A DNA stretch of 64,000 nucleotides from the human T2T-CHM13v2.0 reference genome, Homo sapiens. Positions 12,550 through 26,855 of the stretch are shown one piece after another. The notes under the pieces were generated by a model. The model was given only the letters and a program-made list of their open reading frames with translations. It had not been told where the DNA came from and searched no databases. The stretch lies in assembly GCF_009914755.1 (NCBI RefSeq), contig NC_060931.1; one strand, written 5' to 3'. A program made the position numbers and the translations under genes. How positions within the stretch are numbered: position 1 is the stretch's first letter; the number at the start of each line of letters is the position of its first letter.

Positions 12550-14011
12550 CGTTCACTCACTTATTTCTTTAGAACACTTAGTATTATTTCACAGGACATA
12601 TCTATTTAAAATATATTTCCATATACAAGAAACACTGCTAGCAGACCAATGAACAGTTGGTTAGATCTGACTTTACAATTTTAAGTTAGGAAATATTTTA
12701 TTTTAAATTTGTATTGGAAACTCATTCATTCACTCAACAGTATTAATCAAGTACCCTGTATATGTCACATATTACTCTAAGTGCTTCGTATATATCCATG
12801 AGCAAAACATACAAAAATCCCTGCCTAGGTAGAACTTATATTTGATGGTAAGAGTAGGCAGATAGATAACAACACAGTAAATAAGTGATTTTGTATGTTA
12901 AAAAGAGTAAAGTATTACGGTGAAAAACAGAGCAGGGGAAAGAGAGTGGAAGTACCAGGTGGGCAAAGTTTACAATTTTAAGTAGGATAGTCAGGGCAGA
13001 CCTCATTAAGGAGATAACTTTGAGCCAAGACGGGATAGAGCAGAAGGAAAGTTTTGAGTGGTGCCATGAATATATTGGAGATCCTCGAATACTAATAATT
13101 TTAAGGTTATTTCTTTAAAATAACCTTAATTTCATGCTCTAGTTTTTCTCTCTGGATTCATAGATGTTTGAGCTTGCAAGAGAATGTAGAGGTCATCTTA
13201 TCCACTTCCTTCACTACTCTGAGTCTCTGAAATGCCAAAGAACTTGACCAAAAACACACATTCAGCTAGAAAGAGGGCCAAGTTAACAACACAGGTTTTC
13301 TGACACTGAGCTTGCTGTTCATTCTATCATATTGACAGGAGGATTCTAACAGTGAGGATTTTAGATTGGCTAGCATGGGAATCCATGCTAAGGGGACAGG
13401 CGCAATCATATTCTCTAGCTATTTTACTTCACTTTTGCATCAATTTTCTGTCATCTTGATTTTATTTTTGCTCTTGACCAGCTAGACCAGCTTGTTTTAA
13501 TGATCATTCTTCAGGATCTAGCAGAAGGGCTGTAGGTCCTAGAGTACATTTTATCTACTTGCCTTAGTGGTATCTGTAGTCCAAGTATCAGATACCAAAG
13601 CTGGCCAACTGAGGCCCGAGGTGGATTTTAAGGTGCAAGATTTGAAAAAAAAAATGTGAAGGAATTGCTATTACAAGTTGCACTTTGGTTGTAATTAATA
13701 ATAAAAATGTATGTAAAATACCTAAAACTATATTAACACTTAAAAAATAAGGTAATGAGGCTAACGGTAGTGTAGAAACACTAGCAGAACTTAATTTATC
13801 GCATGACCTTTTCTTGAGACACAGATGAATTCTGATTCATATCTTTTTGTTGATTTCCCTTGCGTGTCTTTTCCAATGAGATATTTTGTAATTCTGCCAA
13901 ATATTTGACTGTATTGTCTCTACTGTTTGAATAATATGCCCTGACCTTGTAGTTGTGTTTCTTCTAATTGGCAACAAGTCATACTGCAGTGTTCTTATGT
14001 ACGAACTAGCT

Positions 14012-14337
14012 TTTTCTTTCTTTTTTTTTTTTTTTTTTTTTCTCAGCCAGGGTCTTGCTTGGTCACCCGGGCTGTATTGCAATGGTGCAGTCATTGCTCT
14101 CTGCAGCCTCCAACTGTTGAGCTTAAGTGATCCTCCCATCTTGGCCTCCAGAGTAGCTGGGACTACATACTACCACACCTGGCCTTTTTTTTTTTTTTTT
14201 TTTTTTTTTTCAGAGATAGAGTCTGCCTGTGTAGCCCAGGCTGGTCTTGACATTCTGGCAATCCTCTTTCAAGTGTTCATCCTGCTTCAGGCTCCCAAAA
14301 TGCTGAGATTACAGGAGTCAGCCACTGCATCTGGCCT
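14012..14337 (-). mobile_element. AluJ with expanded middle T tract
   Basis: Diverged antisense Alu dimer. Confidence 0.85.
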
Positions 14338-15064
14338 GTTCTTTTTGTTTTACTCGAATGCTATGCATTACAACCAAAGTAGTCATGCAGGCTGGGTTTA
14401 TCCTTGTTACCATTGCATCATGTGGCAAAGGCAAACCTTCTTACTCTACTATAGTCAAGTTTTCCTTATTCTCCATCATCTTTGTTACTGTTTAAGACAA
14501 ATAATTATAAAAATTATGTTGCAGAAATTGCCACTTGGGTGGCTCTATGCATCTCATATTTGAGAACTGCCCAGACAGAACTCTTAATCCTGCCCCCACA
14601 TTGGCTTCTCATTCAGCATGCATATCTAAGTACATAACACCACTATTTACTTTGCGTCAGAAACCTGGAGGAAGGGGAGAGGTTATTGCTAGCATCCCCT
14701 TTTCCCTTACTCTCTATATCCAATTTGAATCCAGCGTCTTCTCAACAATGACAATAACTGTCCAAACCACTATATCCACCATCCATTTTCTCTTACTTGG
14801 GCTACTTTAACTAGTTTCTCCACATTTACTCTGGTCTTCTTCTAATTAACTCCCTTCGTAACAGCCAAAGTATTTGTAAAATCTACATAGGACCATATCA
14901 TATCCATGGGTAAGGCCTGCAAGGGCTTCCCACTGTTCTCAGGTTCTATTCCAAAGGTCCTCAATAATCTGTCTTCTGCTTACCTCTATAGCCTCAGGCC
15001 ACTTCTCCCCTTATTCCTTCATGATCCATCCACACCAGTCTTCTGTCAGCTCCTTGGAGCTTTT

Positions 15065-15445
15065 CTAGGCTTTATATTGCATAATGCTGAGGTTTGGGCT
15101 TCTATTGATCCTATCACCCAGAGTGCCCATTAGGATGTTTTTCAGCCCTTGCTCTCCTCCCTTCTTCCCTCCTTTTTAGGTTCCAAGTCTCTACTGTTTT
15201 CATCTTTATGTCTATGAAGACCCAGGGTTTAGCTCCAACTTACAAATAAGAACATGTGATATTTGATTTTCTTTTTCTGCATTAATTTGCTTAGGATAAT
15301 GGCCTCCAGCTGCATCCACATTGCTGCAAAGGACATGATTTTTTTTTTTTTAGGGCTGTGTAGAATTCTGTGGTGTAGATGTACCACATTTTCTTTATCC
15401 AATCCACTGTTAATAAGCACCTAGGTTGATTACATGTCTTTGCTA
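15065..15445 (-). mobile_element. L1 (L1PB/old L1PA) 3' fragment
   Basis: The ORF track gives FAAMWMQLEAIILSKL, an L1 ORF2 C-terminal motif. Confidence 0.85.
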
Positions 15446-15913
15446 GAAAATAGCATGTATTTTAAAAATATATTTTTAAATGCTTACAGCAAGTCTGAAC
15501 TACTTGATTTATGCAGATTTGAGTTTTAGTTTTATGCATCTGTTGCAAATAAAATAATCAGGGTATGAAGTTTCTCAAAGGAATTGTTTTTTATTACATT
15601 ATTTTATTTTAGATTTTCATAGCATGCTGCAGATGGCTTCTGCACTCCAGTTCTAAGAATTTTATAACAACTAAATTTAACAAATATTTATAGAGCAATT
15701 GCACTGAGCATGCTAGATATAGAGATAAATTTAATTATTGACCTTAAAGGAGCTTCTAATACACTTGAGGAGAGAAAATAAAACAACTAATTTTTATTGA
15801 GCTCTAAAGTCAGGTTTTCCCACTGAATCTTGGCACAGGTAGTATTATGATTATCTTCATTTTAAAGAAGAGGGAACTAAGATTCAATGAGTTGCAAAGT
15901 GAGTGGCAGGACT

Positions 15914-17645
15914 GATTTGTCTGAGCTCCTTATAGATTCTGGATATTAGTCCTTTGTTGAATGCATAATTTACAAATATTTTCTCCCATTCTGTAGGTTG
16001 TCTGTTTATTCTGATGATTGTTTCTTTTGCTGTGCAGAAGCTTTTTAGTTTAATTAGGTACAATTTATTTATTTTCATTTTAGTTGAATTTGCTTTTAGG
16101 GTCTTAGTCATAAATTCTTTGCCCAGGCCAATGTCCAGAAGAGTTTTTCCTAGGTTTCCTTCTAGAATTTTTATGGTTTCAGGTCCTAGACATAAGTATT
16201 TAATCCATGTTGAGTTAATTTTTATATGTGATGAGAGATAGGGATCCAGTTTCATTCTTGTACATGTGACTATCCAATTTTCTCAGCACCGTTTATTGAA
16301 TAGGGTGTCCTTTCCCCAATCATGATTTTGTGTGCTTTGTCAAAGATCAGTTGGCTGTAAGTATTTGGCTTTATTTCTGGGGTCTCTATTCTGTTCTATT
16401 GGTCTATATATCTACTTTTATACCAGTACCATGCTGTTTTGGTTACTATAATCGTATAGTATAATTTGAAGTTGTGTAATGTGATGCTTCCAGATTTGTT
16501 CTTTTTACTTAGGATTGCTTTGGCTATTTGTGTTCCTTTTTGGTTTCATATAAATTTTAGGATCGTTTTTTCTAATTCTGTGAAAAGTGATGTTGGTATT
16601 TTGATAGGAATTGCACTGAACTTTTAGATTACTTTGGGCAGTGTGGTCATTTTCACAGTATTGATTTTTCTAATCTGTGAGCATGGGATGTATTTCCATT
16701 TGTTTGTGCCATCTATGATTTCTTTCTGCAGTGTTTCATAGTTGTTCCTTTAGAGATCTTTCACCTCCTTGGTTAAGAATATTCCTAGGTTTTGGTGGGT
16801 TTTTTTTTTTTTTTTAATCTATTGTAAGGGGGATTGGGTTCTTGATTTGATTCTCAGCTTGGTCATTGGTGCATAGCAGTGCTACTGATTTATGTACATT
16901 GATTTTGTAACCTGAGACTTTACTAAACTTATTTATCAGATGTAGAAGTATTTTGGAGGAGGCTTTAGGGTTTTCTAGGCATAAGACCATATCATTGATG
17001 AGATAATTTGGCTTCCTCTTTTCCAATTTGAATGTCCTTTATTTCTTTTTTTTTTTTTTTTTTTTTTTTGCCTGATTGCTCTGGCAAGGACTTTCGATTT
17101 CTCAAAATTTAAAAGAGAACTACCAATTGGCCCAGCAATCCCATTACCAGGTATATACCCAAAGGAGAATAAATTGTTCTACCAAAAAGACATATGTGCT
17201 TATATGTTCATTGCAGTGCTATTCACAATAACAAAGACATAGGATTAACCAAGATGCCCATCAATGGTGGACTGAATAAAGAAAATGTGACACATATACG
17301 CCATGGAATACTACAGAGCCATAAAAAAAGAACAAAATCATGTCTTTTGCTGCAACAAGGCCATTATCCTAAGTGAATTAACACAGAAACAGAAAACTAA
17401 GTACCACATGCTTTCATTTACAAATGGGAGCCAAATATTGGGTACTCAGACATAAAGATGTCAACAATAGATACTGGAGTCTACTAAAGAGGGAGAGAGG
17501 GAGGGGAGCAAGAGTTGATCTATTGGGAACTATGCTCACTACCTGGGCCATGGGATCTTTCATAACCTTAACCTCAGCATTATACAATATACCCATGTAA
17601 CAAACCTGCACATATACCTTCTGTATCTAAAATAAAAGTTGAGAT
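15914..17645. mobile_element. L1 with 5' inversion: 15914-~17094 antisense ORF2 remnants, ~17095-17645 sense 3' end
   Basis: Minus-strand ORFs MKLDPYLS..., KFSKVSGYKINVHKS; plus-strand CCCAGCAATCCCATTAC...TAAAATAAAAGTT. Confidence 0.88.
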
Positions 17646-17916
17646 TATTTTTAAAATACTTCCCTTAGCCATAAAACCTATGTTCCTTTAGTCAAAAATG
17701 GATCTATAAAAAGAAATTACCAGTTTTGGAAAGTTTATTCTTATTTATTAATCTAGACAAACTTGGTTTGTGTTAAATTATCCTTTAGTTTTATGATAAT
17801 ATTTAATATCCTCTATTTTTGGACAAACAATTCTAAATATTGTATTTTTTTTTTTACTTTATGAAGTTAGTTCTCTACTATAAACCAAAATAATTATAAT
17901 ATGATGAGTGAAGAAT

Positions 17917-18277
17917 CTCATGCCTGTAATCCCAGTGCTTTGAGAGGCCAAAGCAGGAAGATTGCTTGAGGCCAGGAGTTCAAGACAAGCCTGGGCAACA
18001 TAGTGAGACCCTGTCTCTAAAGAAAAATTAACAAATTAGCCAGATGTGGTGGCATGCACCTGTATTCTTAGCTACTAGGGATGCTGAGGCAGGAAGATTA
18101 CTTAAGCCCAGAAATTTGAGGTTACAGTGAGCAATCATGCCACTGCACTACAGCCTGAGCAACAGAGCAAGACTCTATCTCAGAAAAGAAAGAAAAAGGG
18201 AAAGAAAGAAAGAAGAAAGAGAGAAAGAGAAAGAAAGAGAGAAAGAATGAAAGAAAGAGAAAGAAAGGGAAAGAAAC
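17917..18277 (+). mobile_element. AluJ with (GAAA)n-rich tail
   Basis: Sense Alu followed by a purine-rich repeat at 18182-18277. Confidence 0.88.
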
Positions 18278-18553
18278 AAGCTTGACTAATATTTATGTGT
18301 GATAGATTACAGCATCTTCTAGTTTATGGCATTTCAGTTCATGACCTTGCATCACAAAGCATCAGATTAAATAAAGATATTTTTCAAGATGAATCTTGTG
18401 TAACAAGAGTGTTGCGATCTAAAATAAAGCAAACTGAGATGTGTTAATAGACAGCCTGTTTAGATATTTAGAATTACTATTGGCTTTGGCTTTTATTCTT
18501 GTTACATTGTTTCCTGTCTCTCCTGCTAATATCCAGTTTAATAGCATGTTTAG

Positions 18554-18924
<371 letters not shown>

Positions 18925-19114
18925 TTGCCTTTTATTCTTATTGCATTGTTTCTTATCTCTCCTGCTACACTATACATTCACAAAGGAAGGAGCTCTGTCT
19001 ATCTTGTCCACTTCTATAATCCCCAAAAGCCTCTACACAGAGTAAGGGCTTCCTCAATATTGGTTCAATTAATGGATAAATAAGGTTGTGCTGTGTGTTT
19101 AGTCCACTGAGAGT

Positions 19115-19480
19115 TAACAAGAGGCCAGTGTGGCTGGAGTGGTGTAACCAAAGGAAAAGAGCAGTAGGAGATGATGTCAGAGAAGTGACATATGGTTAGA
19201 TCCTGCAGGATGTGTAGGCTATCTTGAGGACTTCGTCACTCTGAGTGAGAGAGAAAACCATTGAAGAGTTTGGAGCAGAGAAGTAACATAATCTCATCAC
19301 TCTGGCTACTAAATTGAAATCAGACTGTAGGGAGCCAAGGGCAGAAACAGCTGGAAGCTGGGAAGCTGTTTCAATGATCCAGGTGAGCCCAGGGGAGTGT
19401 AATAGTGGGAATAATGAAAAGTGCTTAGACTCTGGATATATTTTGAGGGTAGCACCAACAAGATTGCAAAAGGCCTTACA
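19115..19480 (-). mobile_element. L2 fragment
   Basis: GAGGCCAGTGTGGCTGGAG...ATCACTCTGGCTACT...TCTGGATATATTTTGAGGGTAG. Confidence 0.75.
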
Positions 19481-21504
19481 TGCCATGATAATATAATTTG
19501 TAGACTTTGTGATACAGTTGTTAAAATAGCCTATTAATAAGAAGTGATCAAAGGAGAAAGGAAAAGAAGGGTAAGAAGCCATATCAGAATCTCTAGGGTT
19601 TAAGTTTGAAAGGTGCATTTAATCTGATTTCCTATTGGAAAAAAATGATTTTTGAACACAAACTACAGAGAGTAAAAATCTACCAAATATTTTTTCCTGA
19701 TGGGGATGGTGAGATATTCAGAAGACTGAGAAAGCAAGCATTGAGGAGAGCATAACAAGCTCATGCGTGGCTTTGCTAATACTTAAGTTCATAGTAAATA
19801 GAAGGTACAATTTATACCTTTATAGCTATTGCCTAGTATAAGATACTTTAAGGTAGATTTTAACATAAAGTTATATTTTATAGTAGTGGTATAAAATAAT
19901 AAGCATCTACCTTCTAAAATTATGTACCTGAGTGTTATTTATATCCAAAATGGTATTGTCTATTACTCGGAATAATAAGATATCTTAAATATCAGTATTC
20001 TGGGCTATTGTTAGTTTGTTGTGATTTCTGCATTGTGAGGCATTGGACATCTTGTGCAGAGTGAATATATATAAGAAAAGCATGAAGATAATCCAAGAAA
20101 CCTTTTTCGTCAAACCTGAAAGACTATAAAGCGTTTGTTATAAGACTATGAAGAAGGGGAAATATGTGATAAGAAGTGATGGATGTTTTGTGCAATCTGG
20201 AGCTGACACAATTTCTTGGTTTTGTTTTGTTTTAAGCAGAAACAATGTTAAGGTCAAAATCATGGAGCTCTTGCCAAGCCATCAGACTTGATATTCACTG
20301 GAATATCTTAAGGAAGGACAACTAATGAAAACAGCTAACAATTCTGCAGCACTTGCTACACATCATGCCCTAAGAGTTTCGTTTATGATCATGGTATCTC
20401 CCCACCAGGTAAATATCAGAGTTTCATTAGTTACTCATTTATCTTGTCCCAGCTCCTGTGAAATTACCATATGTACTATCATTATTATCCCAACCTTAGA
20501 GATCAGAAAACCAAAGTACATAGAAATTATACAGTTTTCCCAAGGTCATATAATTCATGAAGAGCAAAACTAAGAGCCATTTGTATATGCTCTTCCCTTG
20601 TGATAAGGGCAGCTAGAATTGGTCTAGAGACCAACTGGTCTCTTCTCTTGTGATAAGAAACCAATTGGTCTCTTCCCTTATGATAAGGGCAGCTAGAATT
20701 GGTCTGTCTCTTCATCTAAGAGATAGCAAGCAAACTTGCACAAATTATTGGTGAGGCCTAGTAGGGAATGGGTTTGTGTGACAAGGGGAGGAGAGATGAG
20801 CTCATGGGAGTGGGATACAAGTTGATTTGGGTTATATATTCTATGTAGCCCATGAAATTAGAGTTCTTCCTGAGCCTGCAATCTGGGAATCACAAAATTA
20901 GTAAAATGAGATTATCTAGATCTGTTGACTTGGATACCTTTAAGTGGTTGAAGACATGGATCTGTTTGCTAAATTTCACTTAAGGGAAGAGAGAACTCAT
21001 GCATAACCAGGCAATCTTATACTCAGATATTCCCTTTAAACATTGTCAGTTGTCCAAAAAATTCTTATCTGTTCTCCAATGTACTTTTCTTTTTGATAGA
21101 AGATAACAAAGTCCCAGAAAACCAAAACTTTGGTAATGTGTATGTCAAGGATCCCCATATATTATAAAGGAGATGTTTTCTGAGAACCTCACTGTGTTAA
21201 AGTTTAGAAAACATTTAACAATGACAACATGTGTCCTTCCATCTGAGGCAAAACACAGCACATTGTTGAAAAAGGAGCAGAGTGACTATTGTTTGTCTTC
21301 TTCTGTAGAGTACAACTAGGCTCAGTACATGAGATTGCACATTACTGCCACCTATTATCAGGAACTTACTAAAGTTTTAAAACAAGAACTAGAGCTTCCA
21401 ATCACAAAGACTGTAGTCCTAAGTCTTTAGGGAAGCTAAAGAAATCTTGCATTCGGAGTGCTGTGAAATCATTTTGGGGCAGCAGTTTGTACTTAATGTT
21501 CTCC

Positions 21505-22190
21505 ACCATTCTCCACATGGCAGCCAGAATGAGCATTTCAAAACTCAGATCTGATCTTGTAAGCCTTTGGTTTCAAACTGTTCCAAGGGCTTCTCAACAT
21601 TCTTAGGATAAAGATGAAAATGTTTAATGTGATCAGTGAGCCTGTGAATAAAACAAATCCTATCTTCCTCTCTGGCCTTCTGTCTAGCCATACTCTCCTG
21701 ATCCTCCTTACTCTCTGAGCTCCAGCCACATTAACTTCAGGCACAGTGTATTTCCTCCAGCCACAGGCCATTTGTACATACTCTTCCTCTGCCTGGATAG
21801 TTTCTCCTACCTCGAGCTGCTTTACCTAGTTCACTCCTATTCTTCCTTCATACCAGAATTCAGTCATTACTTCCTTCCCTGGCACCCTTGCAGGGCAAGA
21901 GTGTTGTCTAATTCCGGGGGCCCTGTTGACATTATCTTCTGTAGGAATAGTGCCTCCTGGAGTCCTGCCCCAACTTCTTTTATATGTTCTTCTCTCCTTT
22001 GGAACATTTATCATACGGTATAAATATGTATATGTTGATTTCTTTAGGTTTTGATACCTCTCTCTCCCATCTAAATCTTAAGCTCTATGAGAGCAGGAAT
22101 TTTTGCTCACCATTGTACACCCACAGTATAGCATAGTGTCTGTCACTTAATGGGCAACTAAAAAATATTTATTGAATAAATAAATACAAC
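21505..22190 (+). mobile_element. L2 3' fragments
   Basis: CAGCCAGAATGA...CTCTATGAGAGCAGG...ATATTTATTGAATAAATAAA. Confidence 0.72.
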
Positions 22191-22381
22191 AAATGTTTGG
22201 GGACTACCAGTAGGCTGATAGTCTTGGAGACTACCAGGAGGTTAATAGTCGCTTTGAATTTAGCTGTATCCAAATTCCTATAAGCCTATCAATAGAAATA
22301 GTTTTGGTTGGGGAGGACAATGCCAGGTTAACAGACACTTAATATACATCTCTGTAGAGAATGTGTTCCTTCTTTCACCAC

Positions 22382-22941
22382 TGTGGTTCACAGATTTCTA
22401 AAATGGTCCTTATGATCTTGGCTCCCTGGTATTACTCCTGTGATTACATTACTTTGCAAAGCAAAGGGATCTTGCAGATGTAATTAAGGTTACTAATCAG
22501 TTGACCTTGAGATAGGGAGATTATCTAGGTAGGCGAAATCTAATCACATGAGCCCTTTAAAAGCAGAGAGAATTCTTTAGTTAGGGGTAGAAGAAGTCAG
22601 AAATTTGAATCATGAAATTTGATAGATGGAGGAAGCCATATGCAATGGGCTTCACAGCAACACTCAGTCAAAAGCCAGCCGGAAATCAGGGACCCCACTC
22701 TTACAACTACAATGGGATTCTACCAACAACTTGAATGAGCTTGGAAGTAGATTCTTTCCCAGAGTCTCCAGTTGAGGACATAGCTTAACTGAAACCTTGA
22801 TTTCAGCCTTAGGAACCCCTGAGCAGAAAACCCACCTGTGCTGTGCCAGACTTCTGACCTACAGAACTTTCAGCTAATAAATGGGTGTTTTTAAACCATC
22901 TGTTTGTGTAATTTGTTATACAACAATAGAAAACTAATATA
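22382..22941 (+). mobile_element. MaLR solo LTR (MLT1 family)
   Basis: TGCAGATGTAATTAAGG, GGGAGATTATC, terminal AATAGAAAACTAATATA; flanks ACCAC/ACTGC are compatible with a CpG-decayed 5-bp TSD. Confidence 0.82.
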
Positions 22942-23045
22942 ACTGCTAAACATTGGCTTCCAAATTTGTCAGTAAATATTTGAGAAGATATTAACCTCAC
23001 TATCAAGGTCAATTATATAAACCACAATGAATGAAATGTAAGCTT

Positions 23046-23343
<298 letters not shown>

Positions 23344-23534
23344 GTAAACTTGACAAATATCTGAATGATAACCACAACATTCTTCTTTTTCTTACTAAGG
23401 TTTATTGGTTGACACAGGTAAATATACTTGGCCAAATTTATGAGTTGAAGATTGCTGCTGTCCAATTTTTGAACACTAAGCAGAAATCGTACTGACTGTA
23501 AACTTATTTTTATATATACACACACACAAACACA

Positions 23535-23569
<35 letters not shown>

Positions 23570-23927
23570 GAATAAACTGACCTTGAGATTTCAAGAGGAA
23601 TCATTAATGCCATTGTCATTTTGACATATTTTGATCCTGAAAGTTCAAGGGGCGATCATTAATATCATTGTCATTTTGTTATATTTTAAGCTTGCATAAG
23701 CAGAATTCAGCCGTGGATATAGTAAATTGGTACTAAAATGTCTTTTAATCCTCTTAAAGATTACTTGTGGATTACTGAGAGATTGCTTGTGGATTATTGA
23801 GGGAACATTTTCTTAAAAATTATTTTATGAGAAAAAGTCTCATTTAGTCTATCCATAGGAAAAATCAAAACAAGATTTTTCTTGACATCATAGCTGAAAA
23901 TCCTGTTTAGACGTTTGTGAGTAACTC

Positions 23928-24226
23928 ATTTTTTTCTTTTCTTTTTTTTTCTTTCTTTCTTTTTTTTAGACAGAGTCTCGCTCTGTTGCCCAGGCTGGAC
24001 TGCAATGGCACGATCTTGACTCACTGCAACCTCCACCTTGCGGGTTCAAGTAATTCTTCTGCTCACCCTCCTGAGTAGCTGGGACTACAGGCGCGTGCCA
24101 CCACACCCAGCTAATTTTTGTATTTTTAGTAGAGACAGTGTTTCACCATGGTGGTCAGGCTCGTCTCGAACTCCTGACCTCATGATCCACCCACCTCGGC
24201 CTCACAAAGTGCTGGGATTACAGGCG
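23928..24226 (-). mobile_element. AluS, slightly 5'-truncated
   Basis: Antisense Alu. Confidence 0.9.
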
Positions 24227-24479
24227 AGTAACTCGTTTCTAATTGATGTTTAGTCTTTGCCAAAATATCTTCAATAGGGTTTTTTTTTCTAAAGAGTTTG
24301 CATTTGAATCCGTTGCATGAGATAATTTACAGAAAATTACTTCGTGGAATTGGTATTCCAGTATTTTAGTTTTGAAAGCAAATTCTTAATGTTAAAGAGA
24401 TTTACGTGTTGTTCCACTAACTTCACCATTAATCTTTATTTTTCTGAGCTAGTGCCTAGAAAACCAACAGAATCATAAC

Positions 24480-26340
24480 AAAAAATGGGTAAACACTTTT
24501 ATAATCTAAGCACAGAAAATCTTTTCTAAGATTCATGTGAAAACCAAAAATTATAAAAGTAAAAATACAAAAATTTGACTGCATAAAAATCAAACCAACA
24601 GAATCTGAAAATTTATTAAAAACAATAAATACATGTTAAAAGGTGATTGTGCAAAAATGTATAGCTTTCCTGTGTAAATATTGCAACTATTTAGGAAGTG
24701 TAGTGGAAAAAAAGAACCCTACTCATACAAAAAACCTTACTCATAATACCAGTCCGAAACTCCATGATAAAACTATGAAACGCCACCAAGTGAAATAAAA
24801 AAAAAATGTGAAGAAATAGACATACTGTCATCTTAGATCATTGCAAATATTGGGAAGATGTTAATTTTACCTAATCTATAAATATCATGCAATTCTAATT
24901 AGAATCCCTATAGGCTTTTCTTGGTGAGAGAGATGTGTCAAAATGATTCTTACGTTTCTATGGAAGAACAGACATTCCAGAATTACCTAAGAACATTCTG
25001 AAAGAGAATAATTAGGGAACACTAACCTTACGAGATGTTAAAAATAATTACCAGGCTTTGCCACTTATTAGATTTTGGTACCACTAGCTCATAAATGATA
25101 AATCAATGGATGAAAATAGAAAATCCAGCAGTAGACTAAAATTGTATACATTTAGTACCTGACAAAGGTAGCATTTTATATCAGTGGGAAAGTATGCATT
25201 ATTTAATACTAGCATTAGATAAGTATTGACTGTTTGGAAAAATTAGGCTCTTTCACCAATTGACTCTTACACAAAGATAACTCTATAAATATCAAATATG
25301 TGAATGCAAAAACACTACAGAAAAATTGGTAAACACTTTTATTATCTTACCATACAGAAGCTTTTCTAAACATTGTGTGAAAACCAGAAATTATTAAAAA
25401 AACGAAAATTTGATTGCATAAAAATTCAAAATTTCTATGGGAAACAAATCATAAACAAATACAAACACATAGTAACAGATTGGTGAGAAAATATATTGAC
25501 TGTGTGTAGAATAAACTGATTTAGGTAAAATTAAGTATATATTTCTCTTTTGTATGTCTGGAGACCTATCCAAAAAAAGTTGTTGTGAAACATTAATGTT
25601 AGCTGTTTCTATGGATTTATTATCATGGGCACAATTCTTTATTAAAATGCAACCTTGTTATTTAATTATTTCATGATAAATTTAATATTGGCAGTAAGGC
25701 AAAGATGGATCATTTAATAAATAGAATTGGGACAGTGGTTAATCATTGGAACAATGAAGTTATATTCTAATTTCATACCTTCACATAGTGCAAATAGGTT
25801 AACTATTTTTGATATAAAAAAGTAACCATAAAGTATATAATCTTGGAGGTGGCAAAGGCTATTCTAAAATGATCAAAGGAAAAACCAATAAAGGAAAATA
25901 TTGATGAATTTCATTTATATAAAATTTTTTAAACATCTCTTTATAAATAACTCACACCATAGGTAAGGCAAACAACGAACTGGGAAAAGTATTTGCCATA
26001 CATACAATAAACAAATATGATCATGAGCCACTATAATGAAGACTAATATTTTTTGGAAAATATGGGTAAAGGGCATGAACGGGCAAAACATAAATGAACA
26101 ATAAGTGCACAAAATAAATGTGCATTTTCATTACTAATGAAAAACAAGTTAAAATATCAAAAAGATATTGCTCTTTGCTTGTTATGCAGAAAAATAAAAA
26201 GAACAATAGTCCCTAGAGTGAGCAAGAGTGCAAGAAAACTTATGTACTGTTAGTAGGATGTAAATTGGTAAAACATCTCTAGGAAAAAATTTAATTTGTG
26301 GTTAAAATTATGCATATCTTTTGATTCAGAATACACTTTC
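24480..26340 (+). mobile_element. Old L1M fragments
   Basis: A-rich degenerate L1 ORF2-like sequence (e.g. AGGATGTAAATTGGTA). Confidence 0.65.
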
Positions 26341-26537
26341 TGAATAAAAAATGAAAGCCTGAGCTCCAGAATTATCTAGAGACTATATTGCATGAGTGAT
26401 ACAGTTGGTCAGTGTGTAAAATCCTTCTTGATTCTTAAGAACTATGTGTACAGTATGGGAGTTTTGTGTTTAAGCCTTATCTGGAGTTACTTTCTCAAAA
26501 AGGCAGTGAAACATGTTAGAAAAAACAATAAATTATG

Positions 26538-26855
26538 GGCCAGTCATGGTGGTGCATGCCTGTAATCCCCACACTTGAGGGGCCAAGAAGGGAGGATCGC
26601 ATGAGACCGGGAGTTCATGAGCAATCTGGGCAACATAGTGAGACCTTGTCTCAGTAAAACATTTTTAAAAATAAAAAACACTAGGCAGCTGTGGTGGTGC
26701 ATGCCTGTAGTCCCAGCTACTTAGGAGGCTAAGCCCTTTGAGTATCCCTTGAGCCCAGGAGTTCAAGGCCGAGGTAAGCCATGATTACCCACTGTACTCC
26801 ATCTTGGGCCACAGAGTAAGACCCTGTCTTTAAAATAATAAATTTAAAAAAATAA
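26538..26855 (+). mobile_element. AluJ, followed by a MIR (~26870-27030)
   Basis: GGAGGATCGCATGAG, CTTGAGCCCAGGAGTTCAAGG; MIR core TCCTGGCTCTGCCATTTACTA. Confidence 0.85.

Noticed and set aside
13955-14563. 202-aa ORF
   Set aside because: Largely antisense AluJ and poly-T (poly-Phe).
15884-17026. ORFs with L1 ORF2 similarity
   Set aside because: Fragmented, truncated and inverted L1 remnants; not retrotransposition-competent.
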